Positions 49,954-63,231 of a DNA stretch of 64,000 nt are shown in pieces. Positions within the stretch are counted from its first letter, which is position 1; the number at the start of each line of letters is the position of its first letter. The position numbers were made by a program, and so were the translations under genes. The notes under the pieces were generated by a model that saw nothing but the letters and a program-made list of their open reading frames with translations, was not told the origin of the DNA and ran no database searches. Location: the NCBI GenBank assembly GCA_964016885.1, contig OZ024749.1, forward strand, positions 12,462,001 to 12,526,000, given 5' to 3'. The stretch comes from Eledone cirrhosa (lineage: Eukaryota).

Positions 49954-50690
49954 TATATTGGGTTCCGATCTTAGGAAAGAATCACTGGACGGATTTGAAA
50001 ATTGGAGTCCGAGTGGGGATGGTGGAAGGTAAGGTGTGTGTGTATGTCTAGATGTAAGTGTGAGAGCCTGGGAGGAAGCAAGTGTTTGTGAATGTAAGTT
50101 TTGAAAAACCATTGTGTAGGTGTGTGTGGATGGAGGGACTCGGATGGGGTGAGATGAGATCATGTCAAATTCTGAGGCGATGTGGGGTGAAGATGTGCAT
50201 GTGTGTGTATGGCTAAGGGAAGGGGATGTGGGTTCGGGTGAAATGAGTAGTTGCGTGTGTGAGGAAATGGTGCAAGTGATTGTATGTGTCTAAGTTTCTG
50301 AATGGATGTTGGTGTGCGTGTGTGTGTGGTAAAGAGCCAGAGCTATAAGTGAGTGGATATCACTGTAAATTCATTGTTCCAGTAGGTGAGAATGGCGGTG
50401 AGAAAGTGAAATGGTGTATGAAAATGAAAAAGATATCGATTTTTACAAAAACAATTTAAAAATTGGAAGGAGGTGGAGAAGTAAAAACAGCTCAATATAC
50501 AGTAATTTATCATAATAAACAGTACAAAAGGCTATGCTTCATACTTCTTTGAAAGATTTTTTCAAACAAACGTACAAAATCCTATTGTGTTATAAGTAAT
50601 AATTTACAGCATAGCATCACTGTATAACAGTGTAAGATGCTTGGTCACGGGATATGAATGACCACAAAGGGACAAGTAAGGGCCTCTCTC
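49768..50690 (-). mobile_element. Non-coding Penelope-like relic with an 18-bp inverted repeat enclosing a hammerhead
   Basis: TAGAAGTAGTAACACAAC (49768-49785) is inverted at 49840-49857; the minus strand is C/A-rich; embedded in (TA)n. Confidence 0.5.
49802..49840 (-). ncRNA. Minimal type-I hammerhead ribozyme with palindromic stem III
   Basis: Minus strand reads CGAG-CTGAAGA-T-CC-ACATAA-GG-T-GAAA-C-AATT-GTT-CTCG; intact core. Confidence 0.7.
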
Positions 50691-50986
50691 AAACATATAT
50701 ATGTATATATATATAATATATATATAATATATATAAATAATATATATATAATATATATAAATAATATATATATAATATATATAAATAATATATATATATA
50801 TAAATAATACATATATATATAAATAATACATATATATGTAACATATTTACCATCGATGTCAGACATCTCCATTCTGAAAAATATGTGATTTATATTGTTT
50901 AATGGATTCTGAAGAAATCAGTAGAATGAAAAATAATGGAACATCTTACTGTATTGATAGAAACTTTTGTAAATCAATTAAATAAT

Positions 50987-51204
50987 TTAACCCTTTAGCA
51001 TTCACATTACTCTATATATGCTATTGTATTTTCATGGTAAAGGCTTTATCTCACATAATTATCTCACATAATATCGAATCTATGAGATTTTGAAAGTATT
51101 TATTTTGAGAACAATGCCTTAACATCAGTTTGAGCAACCGGTTACAGCCAGTTTCAACAGAAAAAGGTAGAGAATTCTGGCTGGTTTGAACATTAAAGAG
51201 TTAA
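50987..51204. mobile_element. piggyBac-type MITE copy, opposite orientation to 36687
   Basis: TTAA|CCCTTTAGCATT ... TAAAGAG|TTAA. Confidence 0.8.
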
Positions 51205-52324
51205 TGTAGTTTAATCCTGGTTATTTTATATATATATATATATATATATCATCATAATCATCACTCTGTAACATCTTCTTTTGCATGCATGGGTCAGACG
51301 GGTCATCCATGCTATGAGGCAAATCTGGCCACTTAGCCACGCTATACCTCATTGAAATGGGACTGTATTTTAGCTGGGGTTTTTTTACAGCTGGATGCCC
51401 TTCCTCACACCAACCTGTTGACTATGAAGAAATGGATGATTTCATTATGAAAGGGGTCAGCCTAGTTGGCCATGTCGTACCCTGCTCATAAGTGGATCCC
51501 TAATTGGGGCCTGAGATGGAGCTGTAAAGAGGTAGGTCTGGCCAATAGGTTGTGCCATATCTTGCTCACATGAGACCATGCCTTGGCTGGATTCTTACAG
51601 CTACTAGATGTTCTTCCTAACAGCAACCACATTTACAGTGTGGAGCTGTTTGTTCCCATTATGGGAAGGGTCTTGCCAGTTGGCCATGTGATACCCTGCT
51701 CATAGCAAAACCCATATTTTGGTTGGGATTTTTATGGTCCCACTTATAAGGTTAGTGTGGCCTTTTGGCAATGCTGTACCTAGCTCATACTGAACCACAT
51801 TCCGGCTGCTTGATATATATTTGGTATGGACATGTGGTGCGTATGAAGGATGACAGCCGCATAAAAAGGTGCAAAACACTAAAAGTTGATGGAAGCTGAA
51901 GCATATAGACAATATGCCCCCACCCCTCCCAATGTAAAGTAGTCATGTGGGTGTCACAACAAAAAAGCACCCAGCACTCACTGTAAATGAGGTTGGTGTT
52001 AGGAAGGGCATCCAGCTGTAGAAAAGCCAAAATCAGTTCTGTATGAGCAAGACATGGTCACCTGACCTGGCATTGCCCACAACAGGACAACCCGTCTAAC
52101 CCATGCTAGCGTGGAAGGAGAGACGTAAAATGATGATGATGATAATGATATCACAATTTAATGTCTATTTTCCATGCTTTGCTGGGTTAAACATCTGCCT
52201 TGTGCTGAGGCCTGACTGGTCAGGTGACTAGCTTCTGTTTGGCTTGATTTCTATGGCTGGTGGCCCTTCCGAATGCCACTTTAATGTACTGAAAACATGG
52301 CTTCTGCAGCTGGAGGTTAGCAAA

Positions 52325-52355
<31 letters not shown>

Positions 52356-54371
52356 ATGTTAACCTATATGCCTTGATATCACTGTTATCTTGATATATCT
52401 GCTGATTAAAATATATTACATAAATAAATTTTAAACAGTTAATTCTCTTCCGTTTGATCAACTATTATCTACTATTTCATCATTAAAACCAACTTAGCTT
52501 TTTTATTTTTAAGATGAAATCATAATCGGTTATATTTTATTAAAATTTATTCAGAACTGGCAGTTTTGTTATTTTGCTTGAACAATGTTTTTTTCCTACA
52601 CACACTAAAATGTCTTTTTGTATATTTGAGTGTTTTTCACAAAGTTGGAAATTTAACTGACTTGCACCTCTATTTCAATATTCTATCTCTTAACTTTAAA
52701 TCAATGCTTGAATATTTTCAATTTCAAAAAAAGGGGAAAAAATTAAAATATTTGCATTTCAGTTTGAATTTTTATATATAAATATTTCTTTTTTTACCAT
52801 GTATTGATAATTTTTTCTTGAATATTAAAAAAAAAATTGTTATATTTCTTTTGATTGTCATATATACACTACATGATTGAATGGTTTGAACATTTAATAT
52901 TTTCCCTAATGATCTTATTAAAACAAACTAATAGTGAAAATGAAATGTTGCTGTTTTTTTAATATTCTTGATTATTCAAAGAATTCTTAAAATAAATTGA
53001 AAGAAAATCGGTGAAATATGCTGTACAAAGCTTCTTTTTTAAATTTTTCTGGTGATCTTGTGAATTGATTCATACTTCCTAAACTTTCTGGAAGTAAAAC
53101 CAAGCATCATGTCTCACCATTATTAAATTTACAACGATTTGTATGAAAATATCAAATTCAAAAATAATTTGATTCATTATTCATCAATAATGTTAGTTTT
53201 ATTAATTTATTGGATTTTTAAAATTTTAATTTTCACATAACTTCGGGAATGTATGTTTAAAGTCAATCTTTTTTATGTTGGAATTTCTTTGTATAAAATT
53301 AACTTTTTAATCTCCCTATCATTCCAATATAGATTTTTCTAACCATATCTTTATTCATACATTCCAAATATTATTCATTGTCAGAATTTTTTTCTCTTTT
53401 TAAACTTTTTTTTTCTTTATGTAAATGAAATGCCTTAAAATATTGCCAAAAGCATTAGACTTACATACTGCTTTCATTTATTTTCATGAAGATTCATTTT
53501 AAAGTTTATCTTAAACTTTAAAAAGAAACTGTTCATATCAATATTGTCAAATATTTGTTTGCATTCTGTCATTTTAACATCTCATTTTGTTAACCTTTGT
53601 TGTTAGCATATTTCTAATGTCACTGCCTATGGTTTTCAAATAGTTTGAAAAATATCAAGAATTTTGAAAGATTTAGTAATATAAGTAACTTTCTCATTAT
53701 TAATCCTTTAGGTACTGGGGTCAATATAATCGACCCCCCCCCCCCCCAAAAAAAAATTACTGGCCTTGTGCCTAAATTAGAAACTATTATTAAGCTAGTG
53801 TTTGAATCATAACTTAAAGGTTCTTCAGAAAATTATGACAGAAAGTTTTGAGATAAATATATACATCATAAATTAAACAGCTTTGTATTAATTATATAAC
53901 CAGGAATCATTTCATTTGGTTTGGTAATGTAACAAAGTTAAATTTATATATTTTATTGTAAAGACTAGAGAGAAAATAAAATAAGATTATTTATTCTTTT
54001 GTAGGAACTATTGGGAACATTAGAAAAACAAGATGAAACTATTACGAAATCTTGTTAATTGTGTAAGAGTCAAAAAGAATTTTTGGATACTGGGCTTATT
54101 TAAAACTTATATAAATATTCTCTGAGAAACCAGTGAATATTTATATATATGACAAAAATAAAGCCATTCTATATATGAAGTTGTTATAATTATCCCCTGA
54201 ATTGAAAGCTAGGAATGTTATATGATAATAAAGAGAATAAATGGTTTCAAGAAAACATTTAAAAGTTTGAACAAAATACAAATGTTCTGGATTTGTAGGA
54301 AATTATATTTTTTTTATTTTAGTTTCTATTTTTATGAGTTTTTTTTTATTTCTTTCACATACAACAAGTGT

Positions 54372-54587
54372 TTAACCCTTTAACATTCACATTACTCTAT
54401 ATTTACTGTTATATTTTTGCAGTAAAGGCTTTATCTCACATAATATCGAATCTATGAGATTTTGATGTTATTTATTTTGAGAACAATACCTTAACATAAG
54501 TATGAGTGGTTGATTACAGCCAGTTTGAACAAGAAGAGGTGAGAGAATTCTGGCCAGATACGGCCAGCTTAAATGCTAAAGGGTTAA
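54372..54587. mobile_element. piggyBac-type MITE copy
   Basis: TTAA|CCCTTTAACATT ... AATGCTAAAGGG|TTAA. Confidence 0.85.
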
Positions 54588-55258
54588 GGCCATTTCCCCC
54601 ATTCTAATGTTTTGCAGCTGCATGCCCTTCCTGCCCCAGCTATTTTAGGTACGGCATGCTGGGATATGGTGTACTTTAGTTACAACATGCTGGGATACAA
54701 ACAGGCTTAATTTGTTTCCTATATGACCACTTTATTTATCTTCTTTAGATAGACAAATATAAATAGTTAGAATCCATATTCTTCTTGGATTTATTTCCAG
54801 TGAGTGAGGGCTCCAAGTGGAACACCCTGTTTATTAGGTATCTTGAGACATAGGTATCCCTCAATTTCATCATCACCCCACCCCCATCCCAACCTCACAA
54901 CACTGTGTTTTGTTAAATCAACTGTATTGGCATCATGTTTCCTACCCACAAACACCTCAATACCTTGATTTCTTTTGTCATCTCCTTCCACCCAGCCTCT
55001 TCCAGCACCCCATCACCCAGCCTTAGAATACAACTGGTAGAATTTAACTCTATCACCCCATCGCCTATACCAGCCCACTTACCACCATGCAACACCTCTG
55101 ACAACTTTTTAGACATCTCCATACAACAACAACAACAAGCATTTTAAGCTTGGGCAAGGCAGTGTTATGGAAGCCAGCAGTCACCCATCTTCACTCCACC
55201 AATGTTGTACAAAGGAAAGGCAAAGACTGAAACAACTTGGCTCTTGTGACATTGTACC

Positions 55259-55259
<1 letters not shown>

Positions 55260-55291
<32 letters not shown>

Positions 55292-55772
55292 TCTATAAAC
55301 ATTATGTATACGTGCTATACACTATATATACTCTATATACCCACTATATATACTCTATATACCCACTATATATAAGATATTTGCAAAGAGTAGGAAAAGC
55401 AAAAGGCAATACAATTTGACACCAGTGTATTGCAACTCATATATATACATTATATATACAATATATATAGATTATATACATTCACTATATATAGATTATA
55501 TATCAATTATATACAATATATATATACACTATATATAGATTATATACATTATATATACACTATATATAGATTATATATCAATTATATACAATATATATAT
55601 ATACACTATATATAGATTATATACATTATATATACACTATATATATATACACTATATATAGATTATATACATTATATATACACTATATATAGATTATATA
55701 TCAATTATATACAATATATATATACATTATATACACACTACACATAGATTATATACATGATATATACACTAT
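55260..55772. repeat. (TA)/(CA) microsatellite and AT-rich minisatellite (CACTATATATAGATTATATA...)
   Basis: Directly visible. Confidence 0.9.
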
Positions 55773-58700
55773 ATACCATCCCATCCCACTCCAACCAACA
55801 CTACCACAAACACACCCCTCCCACACGCCCCTGATGACAATTCATCACCAGACGAGGCTACTTCTCCATCCCCAAGTGAAGATGAAGGAGAGCCTTGGAA
55901 ATAAAAAGAAACAAAAAAAAAAAGAAACACCGTAAAGCCACAAAAACACCAATCACCAACACAAACACACAACCACCAACACAAACACCACCACAATCAC
56001 CCCCCCCACCACCAGCAAAACATACACCAACACCACCCCAAACACAAATGCCCACCATAAAAAGAAAACTACAAAATGAAAAACAAACCCAAAACAACAC
56101 AAAAAAAACAAACAAACAACAATACACATACAACAAAACCTGATGGAGGTCATCTCCCAAGACCCCAAAGTAGAAACTGAGTGGAAAACCTTTGTCAAGT
56201 CAGACTCTGCACCACACCTAAAACTGATAAGGGTTTCGATGGAAACCTACCAGAAACTAAAGGAACAATTTTCACAGGACATGGGAAGGCCCTCACAAAA
56301 ACCCATAAACCGCACCCTATTGAAATGTTTCCCCACCCCACCCAACAAAACCCAAATGGAGATTGAAAAACCCAATCTCCAGGAAACGAAAAGGGAAGTG
56401 CATCTTTTCGTCCTTTTCGCCAACTCTTCTCCACCAATATGGCTAATTTACGAGTTGGAAGTGTGAATGTGCATGGCCTAGGGATGCCCTGGAAACAGGG
56501 CCAACTTTTAAACGACCTTAGGTCACATGGTATGGATGTGATAGCCCTCACCGAGTCCAGGATCCACAACAACTAACCCCCATCTTTAATGACTTTGAGA
56601 TCTACGCATCTCTCTGTCAGCCAGGAGGTGGAGGGGGAGTGATTGTTATGTTTCGGAAAAACCTGGATCTCGAAATAAAGCAAATACTCTTGGACCTGGA
56701 GGGTAGACTGGTAGTCCTAGATGTGAACAGTATTGGAGGTGGAGCCTTCAGACTGGTGGCCGTTTATGCTCCAACTGGGCAATCGCAGCCAGATTTCTTT
56801 AAGCATCTAGAGTCTTTTCTGGGAACGTCTCGCACCTTGCTTTTAGTAGGGGACTGGAATGGTTTCCTAGATGCACGTTGGGACTATGTAGGAACATGTC
56901 CCACTAGAGTGGGGTGCAACAGCCTCAAAAATATAATTGGCCAATTCCAACTGGCCGATAGGTATCGACTAAATTTCCTGACTGCACCACAGTGGACATG
57001 GACAAATCGCAGCGGAACATCTAGATCATATTTAGATAGGTTCTTTATTAGAGAGAGAGAGAGGAAAATGTTAAGCTGTCCACAAATGTACCTGGTTGCC
57101 TATTCAGACCACAAACTAGTCAACCATGATAGAACACATAGACAAGGACCCGGATACTGGAAGCTGAACATGTCATTACCGACGTGTAAAGCCTACAGTA
57201 GACGGAGAAGTAGATTAGTTAAGCAACAGTTGACGGGAGCCATCGTCAACAATAGATGGGGATACTCTCTCAAGAGAGCAATTAGAGTAGAGTCAATAGC
57301 TTTTAGAAAAGAACTAGCCTTAGAGAAAAACAAGACAGAAAGAAAACTAGTAGCCAAGGTAGAGGAAGCGCTTAGGAGTGGAAACGCAGCTAGAGTGGTA
57401 GCAACGAGAACGGCACTGGACCAGTCCTTCGATGCAAAATACAAAGGCTGCGTAGTCAGGAGTAGATCACATGCTCTAGGAAACGAGGGAACAAAAACTG
57501 TTAGCTGGGCCCGAGTGGCAGAGGCGAAAAGTGGCAACAAGTCCACGATTTGGTCTTTGAAAGACCAAAACGGACGCGTGCTACTTGACTCCAAGTGGAT
57601 GTGCACGGCCTTTCGACGGCACTTTGCACAACTGTTCGTGCAGAGCAGCGGTGCACCAGATGGGGCAATGGACTTCAGTTCATACTTCGACGGCCTGCTG
57701 CGTCTCTCGAGCATGGACGCTAAGTTCTGTGAAAGACCGATCACAGCCACTGAGATACGGGATGCTCTGGGCCGCTGCAGGAAACGTAAATCACCCGGTC
57801 TAGATGGTCTACCCTATAAGTTTTACATAGGCATGCTCGACTTGTTCTCTGGCGTCCTCGAAGCTGTCTACTGCAACTGGCAGCAGAACGGGAGAATTCC
57901 CAGTTCTGCAGGCAGGAGCATAGTAATGCTGATCAGGAAAGACGTGAACAAGGACAAACTAAGCAACTTTAGGCCCATAACTCTACTAAACACAGAGTTA
58001 AAGATTTTGGCCAAGGTGTTAGCAACGAGGCCGGCACTTGTCATCGAGAACCTGGTGGGTAAAGTGCAAACGTGTGCAATTCCAACCAGGTCCATACACG
58101 ACAACCTCCACCTCATGCGATACATCATAGAGAGGGTGGAGTGTAAACCCGGCTTTGGTGGGGCTCTGATCAATTTAGATCAGTCTAAGGCGTTTGATAG
58201 GGTCGACCATCGATACTTGGAAGTGGTTCTCAAGGTGGCCGGTTTCAGACCCGTCTTCAGAGGCTGGATCAAAGCAATGCACACCAACATCTACTCGACG
58301 GTCAAGGTGAACGGCTACCTATCGGAGTCGTTCGCCATCACTCGTTACATCCGACAGGGATGCCCTCTCTCCTCCATTCTGTACGTACTGACTCTGGAGC
58401 CACTACTGCGGAAGTTGGAGCTGCTGCAGGGCAACCCTCTAGAACCGAGACTGTGCAAAGCGGCATCAGCTTATGCCGACGGCATGACAGTAATGGTGTT
58501 GAAAACCTCAGAAATCGGGGCAATCGGCAACTTACTGCAGGAATACGAAAGGCTCACGGGAGCAAAACTGAAGCCGGACAAGTCTGTCGGTTTGCAACTC
58601 GGAACATAGAGAGGCAAACAGATGCCGTCCGACAGCATCGTTGGACGCTGGACGGGTGAAATTGCTCGGGGTCTGGTTCGGTCTGGGCCTCCAGGTGGAG

Positions 58701-59290
58701 AAAAACTGGAACGAGGTCATGGCCAAGGTATTTGCGCTCACCCAGAAGTGGGCAGAGTGCAAACTATCCTTGAAAGGTCGAGCGGAGGTGGCGAACACTT
58801 TCATAGCGTCCGTCATCTACTACCACTTGACTGTCGTGCCTTGTTCCCGTGAACACCTCATCAAGATGGAACGCATGCTCTTCCAGTTCCTTTGGAAGAA
58901 GCAGGCTCCACTGTTGAGGAGATCCGTCTGATGTCAGCACCCTTCCAACGGAGGGCTGGGAATGCCGTGGCTGATGATGTACAAACATGCACTGAGGCTA
59001 CGGCACCTCCAGGTATTCCTCACCGAACAACCGGTGTCGGCACCGTTTGTGAGACAGGTCTTTCCGCAACTTGTCTCGCTGACGGAGCTGCAGTCCTGGG
59101 TCAAGCGAAGACTGAAGAAAATGGGCGCCTGGCACATTGAATGCACTCAGGCGCTCACAGTCCTCTGTCAAGTGGGCACAGCAATCAGTGGAGACTCCAC
59201 TTCGACATTCTATAGAGGGTTAGTACATCACAAGTGCGACGACGTGCTCGGAGAGACTCTGGGCGTCGAAGACGACGAGCTCACCAATCA
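55773..59290 (+). mobile_element. Tx1/L1-clade LINE, 5'- and 3'-truncated: putative ORF1 tail (55773-56430) plus disrupted ORF2 (APE + RT)
   Basis: ORF2 starts MANLRVGSVNVHGL at 56439. APE motifs VAVYAP, VGDWN, SYLDRF and SDH; RT motifs KSPGLDG, NFRPITLLNTELKILAK, LDQSKAFDRVDH, RQGCPLS and YADG. Confidence 0.92.
56439..59290 (+). pseudogene. Disrupted LINE ORF2 (longest open segment 56639-58609)
   Basis: Stops or frameshifts at about 56574, 58609, 58660 and 58931; the catalytic YADD has become YADG. Confidence 0.88.
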
Positions 59291-59862
59291 GGCAGTTTGG
59301 TACCAAAAGGGTTAAATATAACTTATACCAGTAATGCACTGGGTAATTGCTGGCCTTGTGCCTAAAGTAGAAACAATTATTTAGTATAGTTCAAAAATAT
59401 TTTCATCTGATAGCTGACTATATATACTATCCATATCTGTCCAATAAATTTTAATAGCTTTTCTATATTTTCATATCATTATCAACTACTGTGAGTTTCA
59501 AAAATAATCATCCAATCATTTATTTGAAATAAAATTGAAGCTGTTCAGTGATTTTTTTTTTTCAACTAAAATATGACTGTTCAATAAGAATATATTAACC
59601 AATACCAATGTAAAATTGTATAATATGCTCCACCCCCTCCCCATACACACCTTTTGTATACAAAAATGTTAAATTGTTAATCCTTCTTCAAGTTTCTTGT
59701 ATATATTTCCATTTGATATGGATATTTCTTTTCTCCTATTTTTCTCTTTGCCACAAAAAATTCTCTGCCGATCAGTTTTGCCAAAATGGACTTGATTTAA
59801 AGAAACTGCCAGATTAATCACTTATATATATATATTTGTGTGTGTGTAACTACATATATGCA

Positions 59863-59906
<44 letters not shown>

Positions 59907-59937
59907 TGTTTTGAAACAGCAAGCGAAGTTTGAAATT

Positions 59938-60094
59938 TAGTAGAAATAGAAGTTTTCACCATATTTTTGACTAAAGATAGCCTGGTAGTGGGGTTTAAAC
60001 CCTCTAGAAAATGGAAGAGGATGAATATTGACTTACATATACATAAATACTCATCCTTTAGTCAAAAATATGATGAAAGCTTCTATTTCTACTA
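59938..60094. repeat. 157-bp element with 39-bp terminal inverted repeats (MITE-like or inverted pLTR)
   Basis: TAGTAGAAATAGAAGTTTTCACCATATTTTTGACTAAAG versus the reverse complement of 60056-60094, 2 mismatches; TA at both ends. Confidence 0.8.
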
Positions 60095-60104
60095 TATATA
60101 TATT

Positions 60105-60316
60105 CTAGGGCGAGTAAAATTCCCGAGATCCATGGACAAGTTCTCTCCAGCGGTCTCTGTCCCTCATTATCGCTGCCATGTCCTGCGTCTCCAACAGACC
60201 AGTGTCTGTCCTTAGGGCATCAACATACGTTAACTTTGGTCTTCCTCTTCCAATGTGTCCATGTAGGGGCTCCCACAGGAGCACTGAGTGCAATGTCAAC
60301 TCTGGATGTCGGTCGG
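60105..60316 (-). mobile_element. RTE/RTEX LINE 3' end
   Basis: HSVLLWEPLHGHIGRGRPKLTYVDALRTDTG...MRDRDRWRELV; flanked by (TA)n. Confidence 0.85.
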
Positions 60317-60351
<35 letters not shown>

Positions 60352-60370
60352 GTGAATCTACATATCTCTA

Positions 60371-60421
<51 letters not shown>

Positions 60422-60545
60422 TATATTTTACTGAAGAGAAGTCCATAACTAATTAATTTCTCTCTTAAGTGGCTTCTGTTTCAATTGTGTTCAAGCCACA
60501 CATATCAATTATATATTTACATGTATAATTGATATTATACATAAT

Positions 60546-60590
<45 letters not shown>

Positions 60591-60603
60591 TTTTTGCTAG
60601 ATT

Positions 60604-60691
60604 AACGAGTCTTATGAGCAGATGGATGTTGGAGTCTATAACACAGATGTGGACCTTGACCCAATCATCTGTGAAACGTTTGTAACTGGTT
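60604..60691 (+). ncRNA. Degenerate type-I hammerhead (one core mismatch)
   Basis: AACGAGT-CTTATGA-GCAGATG-[loop]-CATCTGT-GAAA-C-GTTT-GTA-ACTGGTT. Confidence 0.6.
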
Positions 60692-61234
60692 TTAATCAAT
60701 AAAATCATTAATGTGAAACTTTATCATGTTATTCTTTTTATATATATATGTATCATCATCATTGCTTAATGTCCATCTTCCACGCTAGCATGGGTTCGAC
60801 GGTTTTATCCCACTTCATGCGCGATTGATCAGGAGACCGTGTCTCACTCGGATAGAACTGTCTCTGGCAAGTTTTCTATGGCTGGATGTCCTTTCTAACA
60901 CCAACTACATTTACAGTGTGGACTGAGAGCCTTTTTACCGTGTCACCTACACAACCACTTTACAGTGGATGGAAATGGGAAGATGGAGTAGGGTGTGGAG
61001 TGGGGTGTATACTGGGTTAAGACTGTAAGTTTAAGTTTGTATGTAAGGGAAGGTGGGTCCTCTGTACAACTGCATAGCACCAAAGATCTCGATCTAGTGA
61101 CATTGTCTTAGAGAGGTGTAAGTGAGCAAGGTCAGTTTTTATCACCTCGACACAGGTTTTTCTTTATCTACCCACTCCGTAGCTTCTATCAATTTTGATC
61201 ACTCTGCACTTTATACAGCTGTTGTCCTTCATAC

Positions 61235-62985
61235 GCATCAACTGGAAAAAGATCAAGAAAGAGATCCGGAAGCAATTATGGAGCAACACCATCACCACAC
61301 AAGACACCAACACACATTTTCAACACATCATGACAATAATACAAACTATATGCCATAAGTTTGTCCCGGAGAAAAAGGCCAACGGACAGAAAAAAAATCT
61401 TATTCCCAGAGACAGGAAAATCCTTAAGAGACGAAGAACTAAGATCTCAAACCAGTTAAATGCACAACAAAAAAACAAGAAGGAATCCTATTTGAAACAT
61501 GCATTACTTGACATTGAAACTGCACTCAAACTTTCCCATGAGAAGGAGAGGGCAGAGAGAGAAATCAGGCCATAGAAAATATTAAAACAAATCCTAAGGC
61601 CTTCTTTAAATTTGCAAAAGAGTCTGCCTCGGTACACTGCAAGATTGGGCCACTCTTCCATACAGACGGTTCATTAACCGAGAATCCCCAAGGGATAAGT
61701 GAAATACTGAATGAAAAGTACAAAAGTGTGTTTACACGTCCACTGAGGCACATGCAAATAACAAAGCCAGAGGATTTCTTTGATGCCACAACACTCCATG
61801 AAGAAATGGCGACCATCAACCACATAGACATAACAGAGGAGGATGTGGTATCTGCCATAGATGAAATTAGAACAAACTCAGCTGCTGGACCTGATGGATT
61901 CCCAGCAGTCCTCCTAAAAACATGTAAGCGGGCCTTAGCAACTCCACTGAAGATGCTCTTCAGAAGCTCCTTGGCTAGCAGTAAACTACCCAGAAAGCTG
62001 AAAAAAGGCACAATATGCCCTATCCATAAAGGAGGAAGCAGAGCGGAGGCCAAACCCTACAGGCCAGTCTCCCTGACGTCACATATCAATAAAGTCATGG
62101 AGCGAGTCATCAGAAAGAAACTGATCACTTTCCTCGAGGAAAATGACTGCCTGATTAGCACGCAGCATGGCTTCCGCCCAGGAAGAAGCTGCTACAACAC
62201 TATGACTGGGTACTGAAACAACTGCTAGACAGCTCACATGTGGAAGTGATATATCTTGACTTTGCGAAGGCCTTTGACAAGGTCGACCATGGAATTATAT
62301 GTCACAAACTACACAGGCTCAGCATAACTGGAAAAGTAGGTGAGTGCTGCATGATTTCTTAAAAGACAAGCCAGACAGTTGCAGCAAATTGGGCCTTCTC
62401 AAAGAACACATCAATAACAAGTGGGGTGCCCCAGGGTACAGTCTTGGGACCACTATTATTTTTGGTGGCTCTCTCAGACATGCCCTCTGTAGTACATACA
62501 ACATCCCTCACTAGCTATGCTGATGACACTAAGGTAGCACAGGCAATCAAAAACGCGGCTGATGCTGCCCTTTTACAACAAGATCTGGATGCCATATACA
62601 AATGGGCTGAGGACAACAACATGCAGTTTAATGCTGGAAAATTTCAAGCCTACAATACCAGCCTGCAAACACAAATAAAGTACAACACAGCTACACAGGA
62701 CCAGGATATCCCCGTGTTGAAATCGATACGAGACCTGGGAATAGACATGAGCGACGATGCAATTTCTTTCCTCACACATCATGAAGGTGGCGACAATGTG
62801 CAGACGACTCGCTGGCTGGATCTTGGGGACTTTCCGAACAAGAGACCGAGAGACCATGTTGATACTATAGAGGACATTTGTCCTAAGCCGCCTGGACTAT
62901 TGAGCCCAGCTGTGGTCACCCCACAGTATCAAACTAAGCACGGAACTTGAGGCAATCCAACAAAGCTACACCAAGACGATTGCGA
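61235..62985 (+). mobile_element. CR1-group LINE ORF2 relic (RT), frameshifted
   Basis: NIKTNPKAFFKFAK, NSAAGPDGFPAVLLK, PIHKGGSR..YRPVSLTSH..KVMER, QHGFRPGRSC, YLDFAKAFDKVDH, SGVPQGTVLGPLLF and YADDTK. Confidence 0.92.
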
Positions 62986-63231
62986 TGAGTTAAAAACTCA
63001 CATCAATCCCCTATAATTTAGGAAGCTCAAGTAATATATATTCTGGGCTCTTTATAAATCAGCATCTAGAGAGAAGTACACAGAGATATGTGTTCAATCA
63101 TAGGGCATCGAAAACCACCAGAGTGACAAACATATTACCTACAGAAGGAATGGTGAATATGAAAGAATGGTGAATATAAATCAATAAAAAGAATATATTA
63201 AAGTATACTAACCATTCAATTATAACAATAA

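Noticed and set aside
50908-50935. CTGAAGA...GAAA motif
   Set aside because: No compatible stems I-III; expected by chance in AT-rich DNA.
55769-56198. Pro/Thr-rich and Val/Phe-rich ORFs
   Set aside because: Low-complexity A/C-rich tract, most simply a decayed LINE ORF1 region.
57193-57750. 185-aa antisense ORF within the Tx1 LINE
   Set aside because: Shadow ORF opposite a coding frame, with no motifs.
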